From positions 186,001 to 245,673 of the forward strand of contig CT868036.1 of the NCBI GenBank assembly GCA_000165425.1: a stretch of DNA of 59,673 bases. The letters run 5' to 3'. The notes under the pieces were generated by a model, which was given only the letters and a program-made list of their open reading frames with translations, was not told the DNA's origin and did not search any database. Source of the stretch: Paramecium tetraurelia (taxonomy: Eukaryota). Position numbers and translations under genes: made by a program. Below are positions 1 through 13,422 of the stretch, piece by piece; the first letter of the stretch is position 1; each line of letters starts with the position of its first letter.

Positions 1-903
1 CTTGATTTGATTATTCTGAATTTATTCATCTTTTTTTACAGTTTCTTCTTAATCTCTAAAAATTTCATCAATATCCCATTCATCAGCTGTACTTGATTAT
101 TATTTAACTTCAACTTGCATTTGTCCAATGGGAAAGGTTTGACAGATGGCTTTTGCAATGCTATGTTGAATTTTGAATCCCTCATACAATTCAAAAGATG
201 GAAAATCATAAATAGTTTTGATGGATGACTATCTTCTTAGCCATTGAATTTTAAAGGTCTTAAGTTTAGGGAATTATTAATCATATACGACAAGTTGATT
301 GATCATTTTAGCACAACCAACAAATTCATCATTATTAATAAAAATCAAAATAACATTTGCAGGGATATTGCATTCTTGCGCTAATTTAAAGTACGTGATT
401 TCTTTGACTGTCCAAACTGAGAATCTTTTGGCATGAGCTAAATTATTTTTATTTGATTTCATGAGGTAGAAGACAGAATTGAATGTAATGAATTCATTAC
501 AGGGAGGCTCTGGTACAAATGTTTGAAATGATTCTGTGTATTTATAATGACATTGGGAATTGATATTGAAGAAACATTTGGATTTCTGACAAAATATATT
601 CTCACAAGTGGAGCAGATGAATTTTTAACAACAAGGAGTTGAAATTTCAAAATCTCTAGAGAAACAGGAAAGACATATATTTCTTCTTTTTGGAACTCGA
701 ACTAATATTATCATTTGCTTGTTTCTAATTTCATCACTAATATTCAAAATCTTTTCTTCATAAAGCATTTGGATATCGTCTTTCTTGGATGTGAACATTT
801 ATTCAATTTTGACTCTTAGGTCTCTTACTTAGATTTTGATTCCTTAAATTGGTATAGTTTAGACTTCTGAGCTGTTTTCCCATTTAAAAGTTATTGAATT
901 CAT
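1..903 (-). CDS. DWNN (ubiquitin-like) + RBBP6-type RING + YTH domain protein; 3' end lies beyond the window
   Basis: Open ciliate-code frame of 301 codons from ATG 903 to the window edge. DWNN-like MNSITFKWENSSEVQTIPIQGIKIQVRDLRVKI...IILVRVP; RING-like CLSC..PCCQKFICSTC..C..C; YTH-like FYLMKSNKNNLAHAKRFSVWT..VILIF..FVGCAKM..FKIQW..EGFKIQHSIAKAICQTF. Confidence 0.8.
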
Positions 904-998
904 TTTAAATTAATTATTAGGTAATTATTCAATTTTATTTGAATTAAATAAATGAAAAAAATGTATGTAATATTTTGTACAACACCTTTGAAATATAA

Positions 999-2626
999 TC
1001 AATTATAAATAAAATTGAAAGAACGTTTTTCTGTCATACCTACTGATGGACTCTTGACAGAGTTGAAACTCTTTTCGCTTGGAATGAAACTAGGATGAAC
1101 AGTCAATTAGTGAGGATTCTTTTTCTAAGATAAACCTCTACTAGATTCAAAACTATAAGATGATTGTCTTTCTTTAGATAGTGTAGGTTATCTTTCTTTG
1201 GAATGAGTGGTGGTGTGTCGTTCATTTTTGGTAAGAATTCTATCAACTTTAAAAAACTGAGGTTCTCTTTGTTTGGCTTAAGCATTTGTAGTAGTGAAAT
1301 AACTAGGTTTTGGAATGATAGCCTAAGTTAAGAATATGAATACTTTAGTATTATTTTATTTGGAGTTGTTTTTAAGATGAGAGAAATCAAAATAAAACTG
1401 TTGCTTAATCTAACTAGTAGGAGTAATATAGGACATATTTTTGGTGATTGTATTGAGATCTTCAATTAAATCTTCAGGCAATTTATGTTTCTTCTTGAGT
1501 TCTTCTGTTTCCAAATTTTATTGATATTTTTTAAACCATGGATAATTCAGCAATTCCACAACAGTTGGTCTTTCATCTGGATCAATGGTCAACATCCCAT
1601 ACAATAATGCAATAGCTTCTTTGGATATATCATGAATGATGGTAAATTCTCCTGATTGGATTCTACTATACAATTCTTAATCAGTGTCCCCTTTAAATGG
1701 AAATACTCCTTAGAGCATAGTGAATAGCACAACTCCTAATGCCCAGACATCTGACTTGTCTCCTCTGTATTCTTATCTTGTAACTATTTCTGGAGCCATG
1801 TAACTTGGAGTGCCACAAAACATTTTGACTTTCTTATCAATGGGAAAAGAAGTTGAAAATCCAAAATCTATCAATTTAGGAGTAAGTCCGTCTAACAAGA
1901 TATTTTCTAATTTGATGTCTCTATGTGCAATGTTCTTGGAATGACAATATTGAATTGCATCTAGAATTTATTTGAATATTCCTTTGGCAATTTCCTCTTC
2001 CAATCTTCGTTCCTAAGATTAGAATTAATGTGTACCGGTTACTTTCTAACCAAATGGTGTAATGAACTACCGCTAACGTATTCCAATATTATATTCACAT
2101 GGTTATTTGATTCCACTGTGTCTAGGATCTTAACAATATTCGGATGATCTAATTTCTCCAATATTTCAATTTCTCTTCTCACTCCTTTCCTCCTCTGCAA
2201 ATCTTTAATCTTAGTTTTTTCATATATTTTTATTGCCACTTTTGTATCACTCTCTATTTGGATAGCAACTCTCACTGCAGCATATGCACCTTGACCTATT
2301 CGACTACCCACCTTATATTATGCCTTGAATTATTCAGTTTTATTTGTATCATCGTCTGGTTGATTGATTAAGAACTTCACTCGATCACAAATGTTCTGTT
2401 GCTTGAAATCAAATTTGAAGTATTCAACATTGTCTCGTTTCTCTACTTTACAAAATTTCGATTGTAGAATTTAACTAATTGCATCTAAATTCTTCAGTTG
2501 TTGATTCTTCAGGTTCATCAGTAATTCCTATTGCAAGGGTGGTCTGGACTTGAGGGCATATTGATTCCCAATGTATTTCTCGTTCTCCTTTTGATTTAAA
2601 CTATTAGTTGCAGCTCTATGCTTCAT
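999..2626 (-). CDS. Ser/Thr kinase, CAMK group (AMPK/MARK-like), ~534 aa
   Basis: GQGAYAAV, VAIKIYEK, HRDIKLENIL, DFG, FCGTPSYMAPE, DVWALGV; one 23-nt intron 2013-2035; TGA at 999-1001. Confidence 0.93.
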
Positions 2627-3382
2627 TGCAATTTAAAATAATTAACAGTCTCATTATAATTAAATATTGTATAAAACATTCTTTCCTTTTATTGCATTAA
2701 TACAGGAATGATAATTCACTCTTTTCAAAATGCCTACTCACTTCTAATCAATAAGCAATCAATGTGACACCTTCAATAATCATCGAAATATGATAAAATT
2801 TATAGATAATACTTAATTAAATGATGTCAACAGATCCATTAGATGTGACCTATTTCATCAATATCTAATATCAAAAATATTAAAATAAAGTTGCTTATAG
2901 TATACACTTCCATCAAATAATTAAATATTATAATATAAAATCTATCACCACACATTTTATATTTAATATATAGATTTAACAATAGATCAGAATGTTCACT
3001 AGGAAAGCTTATAATCAGAAATAAGAATGTTTCAACTTAAAATTATTTTATAATATTATCAAAATGTCTAATTCTCTCAAAAATGCAATTTCAACTAATG
3101 CATTTTATATAGTCTTAGAATAAAGGGGGTCTAAAATAATAGATACACTAACTATTAGTTTTATTTATTTTTTTATTAGTAATTTTATTCTCTCATTCAA
3201 CAAATTAATATACATAAATATTATCCAAAAATATTTATTTTTTGTTGAGCATCTTTGTAATTCTGTAGACTCTAATCATAAGATGATATTAGAGAAATTG
3301 AATTTATTAATTAATTGATTTTGAAATTTCAAAGGTACTTAGCATAATTCACATTATAATAAACCGAATATTAATTAATCTA

Positions 3383-3670
3383 ATGAACAGTTTAGGGATT
3401 TAGAATAATAGATTCCATCGACAGGCCATTGAGAATCGTACGAAAAATGAATGCAGTGAGTACTACTATTTGAACAATGTAAAAAAGAAACAGAAGAATG
3501 AATATTATGAAAAATGGCTGAAATAAAGAGAGATGCAGTCTAATGCATCTACAGAAACATATTTGGATATCATAACACCCAACCTTCCTTAAGCTAAGAT
3601 TCCTAATACCTTTTAAGTTAAGTTGATGAATGACATTTTAAAAGAAAATAAGCAAAAAATGCATTATTGA
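3383..3670 (+). CDS. hypothetical protein, 95 aa
   Basis: ATG-to-TGA open frame in ciliate code (MNSLGIQNNRFHRQAIENRTKNECSEYY...KMHY), purine-rich strand; no family recognised. Confidence 0.6.
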
Positions 3671-3865
3671 TTATTAACATACCTTATATATAAATCATTT
3701 AATAAATATATTTAAAAATAACTATTGGACCTTTATCAAATTATAATTCTTGATTGTTGTTATTTTAACTGTAAGAAGATATCATCTCTTTGTAATTAAA
3801 GTATCCAGGATTTTCATTATCCTTTTGGTATAAACATCAATATTCTACAAAATAATAAATTAAAA

Positions 3866-4546
3866 ATGAATCAAATTAAAATATTTGAAACCAGAAAACG
3901 AAAGAGTCAATCCGAATCTGAAATAAAAAGCATTTGCCTCATAACCTTTGAATATTAGTCAATCAAAAAATATTCAAATAAAAGATCACAATCCCAAGAA
4001 TAATTAATAGACTATTCTAGTACAATCCACATTTTATTAAATATAGGCGATGAAGATAGTGTAAGTGATTAGGAAAGCTAATTGGAATGCCAAATCAATT
4101 CAACAACCCTTATGAATTATCAATAGGTGCCATCTCTCTTATCTATTTACACATCTGAAAGCAATATAAGTGCCGAAGAAGAATTCGAAATTTGGGATGA
4201 CAACTAAGATTTAAGAGTCTTAAAAATTGTCTTGGAAGACTAATAGCCATCAATAAAATAATTTTTATAATTGTACAAAGCAAGATTCGGGTATTTTTTA
4301 ATAGATAAGCTTAGTGCATTTCCAGGACAGTAATAATGCATAAAAAATGAGGAAGTAATTAAGACTGCTATAACTTATGCCTCTAGTAGTAAATAGCTAT
4401 TTAAGAAATATTTTCCATCAAAAAGGATAGTTTTTGAAGATGATATAGATTATTCTGAACCTTATAAAATAGAAGAGGATCATCATTTTTAAACTTTCAA
4501 TGACTTTTTTAAACATAAGAAAACCAAAATCTTGATGGACTTTTGA
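3866..4546 (+). CDS. hypothetical protein, 226 aa
   Basis: ATG 3866 and TGA 4544-4546 are in frame (MNQIKIFETRKRKSQS...KILMDF); no family recognised. Confidence 0.7.
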
Positions 4547-4599
4547 ATTTGATTATTATATACTCATTTATTTCATACTTTATCAATTAAACCTTAATC

Positions 4600-5287
4600 C
4601 TTATCATTCCTTCTCTAAATTAATTTTTTTTCTACAGTGGTACAATTACACTCATTTAATGATAATTTTAGTTTGCATTTTTGTTTTTCACCTTCATTCT
4701 TCGAACTTAAATTTGCCCATCTTTTAGTTTTTTAAAGTTAAATACTCTTATTTTACTTTTTTTGAAATTGTGCATCTATGTCATCCTCAAATTGTTTTAA
4801 CACCTTCATCCTCAAACTTTTTCATTTGACTTGAAATTTCAATCATAATTCCTGCTGGTTCTAGAGTAAATACAGTATATACTGATTTGTAATAAAGGTT
4901 TATGGAACTCGATCAATTAATATCACAGACTATTGTATGAATATTCTCTCATATTGATGGGTTGGCTAAAAATTAAAGTCTGATTTCTCTCTGGAATATT
5001 CAACTAAAATTCATGTTTTAGGGAATGAATCTGAAGCAGTGTATGCAACGTGTAAATATAGGTTATATCTATACTATTTAATTCCAGGAGAGTCAAATTT
5101 AATTTTATCTCTCCAACCAAACTAACTCCATCATCACTTTATTTATCATACTCTCAATTTAGTTATTTGCAAGATAAACTCGATTACAAATAGACAAGTT
5201 TTTGGATGTGTTGAAACTTCTGTCATAATCAGTTCTATTGAAACAGATTTCCTTATTAAATACATTAATCCAATAGGAATTATTCAT
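4600..5287 (-). pseudogene. possible decayed minus-strand gene
   Basis: Coding-like purine bias on the minus strand, but each frame I traced is cut by TGA and I found no consistent intron model. Confidence 0.25.
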
Positions 5288-5301
5288 TTTAATAATAATA
5301 A

Positions 5302-6884
5302 TCATTATTTTGGCAATACATATGTATGTCCTGTCATAAAAATTTAGTTTCCACTACTAGGATCAATCTACACTTATTCCAATTATTAATACAAAGGTCT
5401 TGGATCATTCTGTAAATCTAAAATTATAATTAAATAGATTACTTCTTCTAAGATCTACATCTGGAGTCTAGAGTCCACTGATAGATCTACCAGGAAGACG
5501 AGTCTCTGAATCTCCAAATTGATATGATTAATCGAATTGTTATTCTTATCTCTATTGAGCTTCAGGTTCTTCCTCTTCTTCCTATTCTACTTCAGCTTCG
5601 TCCTCCACTTCTTCTATCTTGCCCCACAATGATTTATCCACAGGAGCATCAGCCTACAATCCTGTTTTTTAGGATAATTCATTTAGATCTTCCTCATCAT
5701 AATATTTGAATGTAGCATACAGTCCTGGCTAGTCTGCTTTTTTGCATGAATCCTCAATCACTTATTTCACTGAAGTGTGATATGAAGAGGGCTCAGCAAA
5801 GATACTAGCCATTCCTATAAACCTCATATGAGGATAACTTGGTGGTGGTCCATATCTTTACATATTTGGTAACCAAGGAGGTGCTTAGAAATCAGTACAG
5901 CCTAATGCACTTCTCAATTCAGCACTCATCTTTCCAGGACAAAAGTTCTTGGCTCTCATCTCCTCTTCTTTACCTTCAAAATAGATTTCACCATGTTTTG
6001 TCATTGAAGGTTTTGTTTAGTATTTGAAGAAAGCATCATGTAATATTTAATAATCGATATCCAATTTGCCTTATTTTGGATTCATTCTTTCTCTCAATTT
6101 CTATCTAACCATCTTACCTCCATCTCTATCTACAAATGGATCTCTTAACTTTGCAATTCCTGTCTTCTCTATGTAATCTGGTAATTGAAATGGCTCTTTC
6201 AATATTCCTCTTTTGTTTTACAAATATTTTCTCTTTTATGACCAATGTCTAGGAACAGTCACTGAATTACGTACACTCTTCAATTAAATTAGAAACATGG
6301 GATCTGGAGATGTGATATCCCAAAACTCAACTAGATCTGGTCTCCTTACTTTCTACTTCAATTCAGCTACTTTCAACCATCTTAATTATTTTCTTTATTT
6401 CTTTGATAATTTAGCTTCTTTCTTTTTTCCCTATTATAAATAATTTTAAATTGTTTAATTTGGTTCATTAATTTATTATTGAATTTATTATTGCTATTAT
6501 TATTACTGCTATTCTGCTGCTTATTATTCTTCCTATTCTTTCTCCTTCTCTTTTTCATTCTCATAAACCTTCTCATAAGTCTTCATCATCAATCTTTCAT
6601 TATGTTGATTGAAATTATCAAAAACCTGTTTAAAATTGTCATAATGTTTTCCCGTAATTAGAGCGTCTATCTACACTATTCAATCTGATATATACTTCTA
6701 TCTCTTAAAAGGTCTCCTCATCATAAACAACCTGCTCCTCTTCTGCTTTGACTACCTCCTCTATAATTTCTTACTTTTCTTTAGTGCATTTCTTTTTGCT
6801 CTTGTTGTTCTTTCTCCTCTCAGCTCTCTTGAATTTCTCATACTCTTCCTTTGACATCTTACTCTTAGTTACTTCTGCCTTCAT
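5302..6884 (-). CDS. SF3B2: splicing factor 3B subunit 2 (SAP145/Cus1), ~510 aa
   Basis: LKVAELKQKVRRPDLVEFWDITSPDP..VPRHWSQKRKYLQNKRGI (DUF382) and QRYGPPPSYP (PSP domain); two 25-nt introns give an intact frame. Confidence 0.93.
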
Positions 6885-6960
6885 TAATAAATTAATTAAT
6901 ATATTAACAATAGTAATAATGAATGATAAAATATAATAAAATAATAAATAATAATTCCTA

Positions 6961-8130
6961 TCAACAATTATACACATATAATTTATTAGTCGATCCTCCA
7001 AATAGTATTTTATTATCTATCCATGTACAAGCCATAGCTTTTCCTTCTCCATTCAATTAATACAATGGTACCTCTCCTCTTAGATCCCACAAGTAAGTAT
7101 TTCCATCCATAGAACTCTAAAATTGATTTATACAATGTATTACCACTATGATTTATCCATTAGCATTAGCAGAAATGCTAGTTAACTAAGACAATGAACT
7201 CTTATATATTTTAATCAATTATTCACTCAAACTATCCCACAATTTGATATATCCATCCTCATGGACTGATACAATTTATTAATTGTTTTCTAAATAACAT
7301 AATCCAATTATTGCTGAATCCTTAGCAAACAATTATTTGTTTATTGATTCTGTTCTCTTATTGAATAGGCAAATTGAGTGATCATAAGACCCAGTCAAAA
7401 TAGTGCTATTTCTAATCCATTGACAACAAGTTATTTGTTATTAATGCACTTTAAAGTTCTAGACCATTTCAATCACCTACTTTTACACTGCACTAAGATC
7501 AAAGAATACTAGTTCTCCATTGGCAGTACCAACACAAAATTCATTTGTATTCTTCTTATTAATACAACTGCATTCTCCATATGATGGCAAAGAACCTTAT
7601 GCAATCAACTCCAAATTGTCTGTAATCCTTTACACTCTGACAGTGCAATCCCAATGAGTAGAAATTATTATATTTTCATAAATGGTAAAACTCTTTGCCA
7701 ATTTATTTTTGTATGTTTTCAGAATTTTACCCTTTTCAGAACAAACCACAATGTCTCCATTAGATAAACATGTAAGGATATGATTATTTAATCTACCTAT
7801 TGCTATGATCCAGTCATTCATATTTATAGTTTGCTTTAATTTAGGTTCTGGGACAGCAAATAGATATTCTATTTACAATGTTTTTTCAGTTGCGATTTCA
7901 TTTGATGTAATGAATTCATGTAGAGTAGATCTCAAACTGATTCCATTAATAAAGAAATCGAATAATTAATTATATTCTTAATCAGGGTTCTCAGCTAGCA
8001 GTAATTATTAAATTAGAGAACTAAGATCCCCTTAATTCATATCTCCTTGAACAGCTATTTCATTGTTGCTTATCTGATATTCTTATGGCAAGCTTGTGAC
8101 AAATTTCACTATATATTCACTATTGTTCAT
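6961..8130 (-). CDS. WDR12: ribosome biogenesis protein WDR12/Ytm1 (NLE domain + WD40), 389 aa
   Basis: Intronless frame; NLE-like VKFVT..FDFFINGISLRSTLHEFI..EKTLQIEY..PEP, then NDWI and WD40 repeats. Confidence 0.85.
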
Positions 8131-8143
8131 TAATAAAAATTTA

Positions 8144-9062
8144 ATGCTTTTCTTTATATTAATTTCATTGGTATAATCTATTGATGTGAGACCAAATGTC
8201 AATCTGACCATCGGCTTAGATTTTATGGACAACTCTCACCTGCCATTCTTTCAGCAATTTCAATCGTATTTCTTAGATTTCAAATAAAAAGGATGTAATC
8301 TACTCCATAATATCAATTAGTAAATCTAATAATAGCATAACACCTATTGCCATGTTACAGTTGCAATACTAGACATCAGTACAAATAGCCTGAACAAAAT
8401 TGCTTTGGAGGAGGTTAGTATTGTTGTATGAAATATAAATATTGCAAGAGTTTTCTGAATCAGTCTCAGGTCAAACTATATTGACAGAAATGCTCAGATA
8501 ACAATGTGTATTAGAAGAATAGCCTCAATTCTATTTCAATTACACTATCTATTTCTCTCAATAATGCATGCAATTACCAAGCGAAATGAAGTCATGTTCT
8601 GAAAACTACTTTACAAACAATAATATTTCTACTCAATCTATTGACAATTGCATTCAAAATAGTTTTGAAGGACCATCAGAACAAATTCAATCTCTGAAAA
8701 CTAATAGAATCTTAGATCAATACAAATAATTACAATACAATAAAACAAAATTTGCATTAAATTTAGACGATTAAGATTTGACCAATACTCCATTTAAGTA
8801 AATTATGAACTAACTTTGCAAAAAGTTTGAATATGCATCTATTCCAGCCTGTGGAGTCATTAAGGCAGATTCAATTCAAAAAACCAATCTATTGGAATAA
8901 ATATTTTTGATTCTTTTTGCGATCATTATTATTTTGATTATTGTTCAAGGGTCTTTACAATTGCTTTAGAATATACAATTCAAAACATTCTTTACTCCTA
9001 AAAGTAGAATTACAATCCCCAAATTAGAGAAAGATCATATCATTTAGGAAGATGATGTTTGA
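8144..9062 (+). CDS. type I membrane protein resembling the vacuolar sorting receptor central (thioredoxin-like) region, ~289 aa
   Basis: Signal peptide MLFFILISLVQS; NCFGGGQYC..SGQTILTEMLRQQCV..YFNY..FSQQC..CS..IDNCIQNSF; TM IFLILFAIIIILIIV; 26-nt and 23-nt introns restore the frame. Confidence 0.7.
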
Positions 9063-9251
9063 TAATATTTCAAGTTTAATAAGATTTCATATTATATTTG
9101 TATTATCATTTCCATACAAAAATATTAAAATCAATATTCTAAACTCTTAGGATGATGTTATTAATTTTTAGTACTTAAAAATTGTGAATAATTAAATTTT
9201 CTTTGAATTTATTCACTTAATTTTTGTGATTATTTACTTTTTATAAATTAA

Positions 9252-9746
9252 ATGATAAACTGCCAATAAAATCAACGATAAAATTTTTACAATTTTGTAT
9301 TTGGATTTAATAAGGAACAAAGATCTACTTCAATGAAAGTTGAAAGACTCAAATAAACAACAGAAATCAACGAAATTAAACAGGATCTTTACAAAGGATT
9401 GTAATTAGGAAAGACAAGTGAAAATGCATTGAGAATTATTCATTTGAAATTAGAAAAACAAAGATTTAGAAGAAAATCATTTGAAACAAAGACAGAGGTA
9501 GAGGATGAACACCTTCCTTAAGTGCAATAAGTCTCGAAACCTCCTCTCCCTCGTAAGACCACAATTGCTAATAAAGAAAATATAATTCAATTACCAAATA
9601 TCATTTCAAAGTAAAAAGAGGTTGCAAAATAGACATAACAAAAAAAGAGGAGATTATCTTAAAGAATAAAAATGAAAAAAAGCGAACCTACACTTGAATT
9701 TACCCCTTGGGAGAATTATGAAAATTAAGAATTCGATTTTTTTTGA
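9252..9746 (+). CDS. hypothetical protein, 164 aa
   Basis: Open frame MINCQQNQRQNFYNFVFG...EFTPWENYENQEFDFF*. Confidence 0.75.
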
Positions 9747-9774
9747 AAATGAATGTGATTATAATTAAAACTTG

Positions 9775-11273
9775 ATGCAATAATAATATTCTAATAGTTC
9801 AATATAGGATTTCAATATACTTGAGAAATTGGGAGAAGGCTCATTCTCTTCTGTGTATAAGGTATGATGAGAATTGATACCTTTAGGTCTAAAGAAAATC
9901 GGATGGTCAATATTATGCAATGAAGAAAGTGAATATTTCGCAATAGAGTTTGAAAGAGAGAGAAAATGCTTTGAATGAGATCAGAATATTAGCCTCACTA
10001 GATTCTCCATATATAGTAGAATTTAAGGATGCTTTTATTGATTAAGATGGAAGAATTCTTTATGTTATTATGGAGTTTGCATCTGGAGGAGACTTAAATC
10101 AAATTTTAAAGTAAGGAAAATTGTAGGGTGGAGTTTAGGAGGGTGAAATTTGGAATATATTAACATAGATCACACTTGGAGTGAAAATATTGCATGACAA
10201 TGGCATTTTACATAGAGACCTCAAATCAGCCAATGTATTTGTGTCCAAGACTCCTTAAGGAAACATTTATAAGATAGGAGATTTAAACATCAGTAAGGTA
10301 ACTCATGGGGCAAATGCAAAGACCTAGACAGGAACTCCATGTATAGATATCAATATTTATATTAGATTATGCTGCGCCTGAAATCTGGAAGGGTGAATAA
10401 TATTCATGGCCTTGTGATATTTGGTCAATTGGTTGTATTATCTATGAGTTAGCTACATTTCAACCTCCTTTCAGAGCAGGAGACCTTCTATCATTAAATA
10501 AGAAGATTTAAGCAGGTTATTATGATCCTATGCCACAAAAATACAGTTCAGATCTATCCGATGTTTTAAAGACTCTTTTACAAGTTGATCCAAAGAGTAG
10601 ACCAAATTGTGACTAAATTCTTAAGAATCCAAAGGTCATTAAGAATAGTGGATCGTTATTGGTGGAAGTGGAGTAGAATGGTGTTAAGTAAGCCAAATTA
10701 TTATAAACTATCAAACTCCCTTTTAATCTAAAGTAACTGAAGGATAATTTACCAAAATCCAAATATGAAAATAAGATGAAGAGATCAAACTCATAATAAG
10801 GACTTAAAATTGAGACTGACCATCCAATATCTTAATAACCTCGAATTAACATGGAAATATAATAACAATAATAATAACAATAATAATAATTAAGAAAAAA
10901 ATTGATCAGCGTCCCATCATAAGGTGCTCCATTAAAATGCAAACCTCCTTTGGCTAAACCTCAAATTGCCTAAGCTTAAAAAATAGAATACCATCCTTAG
11001 ACTCCATAATATTACGGATAAAAAATGTACCATCAGGATCAAAAACAGCAGTAATTAAATATTGTTAATTAAAGAATCAATGCATAATAATATTGTAAGC
11101 CAACATTTTTGAAACAGAATTACGGAATTCGAGACAATTCCCCTAGGAATCAAAATAATCCTTATTTACAATAAAGAGTAGGACAATAGCCTCAATATAA
11201 TGCTGGAAAGTAAGTACAACAAAAGAGACAGTACAGTGCAGGAATTTATGGAAGATAATAAATATATAAATGA
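9775..11273 (+). CDS. NIMA-related kinase (NEK/NRK, CNK2-like), ~482 aa, Gln-rich tail
   Basis: LGEGSFSSVYK, YAMKKV, ENALNEIRILAS, HRDLKSANVF, KIGDLNISK, QTGTPYYAAPE; two 25-nt introns. Confidence 0.93.
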
Positions 11274-11292
11274 ATGTAAGTAGTTATATAAA

Positions 11293-12163
11293 TCATAATA
11301 ATTTAATTTTAAAGAGTTTTAATTCGTTAACTTTAATTATTTATGTGGTTAATTGTTTGACCTTCAAGAATTGTCTTATTCTTCTAACCAACTTTTCAGA
11401 TTTAGTATTCAAGATCTTACTTTAAAGGTTTGCACTTCTTTTGTATAAATTATCAATATTCATTTCTAACACCTAATTAAATGATGAATCTTCATTTTAA
11501 CTTTTATCTCTAGAATGCCAGAGTTATTCATTGAAATAAGCCAAATAATGTCTATTAAAATTCTTTTAAGATCTAGTACTTTGAGAAAGGACATTCAAAT
11601 GACTTGATGGTTTGAAGATTGGATCATCGTTATTTGGTTTCATAAACATGTAAGCATATAATTTGGCATCTTTACTAAGTGGATCTGTTAAATTATATTA
11701 ATCTGGTTCAAAGGAATGAAATCTTTTGTTTCCTTTATTTAAATCCATGATTAGATTCCTTCTAGCCTTCAGTTACAAGTTCCTCTCCTAATGTTAATCA
11801 TGTTCTAGAAACTCCGTCAACATAGCATTCATCCTTTCTCTCTCTTTTTTCATCGTCTCATGTAAGGTTGACTATTATAGTAGGGTCTTCACTCGCATTT
11901 AATGAGTATTACCTTGCTAATTACAAGTATTTACTCTAACCCTTAGAGATCCTGTTGGATTTTTGAGTATTTGATTTAATCATATTCTCTTATTTCATCT
12001 GGTTTTTCAGATAGTAAATTTTTAGACTTAATTTTATTCATATTCTTTTCACATGAACAATACAATTAAATGATATTTAGTCAATGATTGGTTGAAGTGT
12101 ATCAAATAAATGTTTAAACATTTAAACATCTCTTAAAGAATCATTTTTGTTCTTTGATTTCAT
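11293..12163 (-). CDS. hypothetical protein; 5' structure uncertain
   Basis: Long open frame MRVKTLLQQSTLHETMKKERERMNAM...KLL* to TGA 11293-11295. The link to ATG 12163 has an unresolved TGA, so the start may be near 12000. Confidence 0.6.
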
Positions 12164-13422
12164 TTTTTATTAAATTAATTATTTAATTTTATTATATCTT
12201 TCTTATACTTTGATCTTACATTATAAGAGATCATCAGCAAATAATTTTACTACAACATAAACATTCTGATTGATGATCTTTATTTCAACTAAGTTCGAAA
12301 TCGATTTCCATTTTGAAATAGTTTAAATTGATCTATTTTATGAGTCTGACCAATTACATGATTACACTCGTTAACTAAGTTCAAGGCAGTTTTCTATTCC
12401 AAATAATCTAAAGCTATGTTTCAATTATTCATTGAATAGAAACGGATTTGGTTACTCAAAATGGCATTCATTTTCTAAAGGATCCTTGACGAATCTAACT
12501 TTCGATTATCTAGGAGTGCCTTATCTTCTGACACTCGATATCAAATCCTATTGTGTTCTATTCTCAATTGATGGCGTATTGTCTTATGTCACCTATATTT
12601 GATAATTATTTTTTTCGTTAAAAATATACATTTATTTAAATAAGTTTCATAATCGTATATCTCACTTCAGTTTCTTTTATTATTAATTCCCTAAGCAAAT
12701 ATCCTAAACTTACTAACATAGCTAAAAATTAATTATATCATCCTTCTCAGCTCAGAGTGAGTTTCTGTTTAAGTGTAATGATGCGAACTTATTAATTAAA
12801 GATACAATTTATTTAATTATAAGTTCACATCCATTTTTCTTTATTTTATGAAGATCTGCATATTAATTCAACTGATTAATAAATTGTTGATTCTTACGAA
12901 ATCATTGAAAATATTGTTCCTAATCTCTATAGAAGTAAGGCTCAATACTACAACACTTAAATTGATAGTAAACCAAGCTAATCATTTTACTAATTAATGA
13001 ATTTAAATTCGAGGAATGAGAGTGATCTTGGTTTATAATAATTATAATCACTAAATTATTGTTTATTTGCTTTCAAATGAATTAACAGTAAGGAAGTCTT
13101 CTTTTTATGACATAGATGTTGGAAACAAATAAAATTGTTTAATGAAGAGTATATATTACCAATTTATCATTGATGTCCTTTCTTGTGATTAGTAGCCTTT
13201 GAGTGGTTGGACAGTCAAGGCATATCCATTTTAATGAAAGTTATATTTATTTATATAAATAATGTAATTGAGTATTTATCTAATAATTATTATTTTGAAT
13301 TTGCAGAGATACAATAACAAAATACAAATTTTTATCATAAATTAAGTCATGCCTTTAGATTAAAATTGTATTATTAAAATATAATTATAATCTCACCGTT
13401 TTATACTAAATATATTAATTTA

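Noticed and set aside
5524..6936. Plus-strand hydrophobic ORFs in the track
   Set aside because: Antisense shadows of SF3B2; the same applies to 23026-23268, 36575-36823, 49646-49996 and similar ORFs.
10850..10895. taa/caa triplet run resembling a microsatellite or stop-codon array
   Set aside because: It is poly-Gln within the NEK tail under the ciliate code.
12160..12631. Minus-strand frame of ~156 codons from ATG 12631
   Set aside because: With only one stop codon such frames arise by chance; no motif, and its stop overlaps the next putative start.
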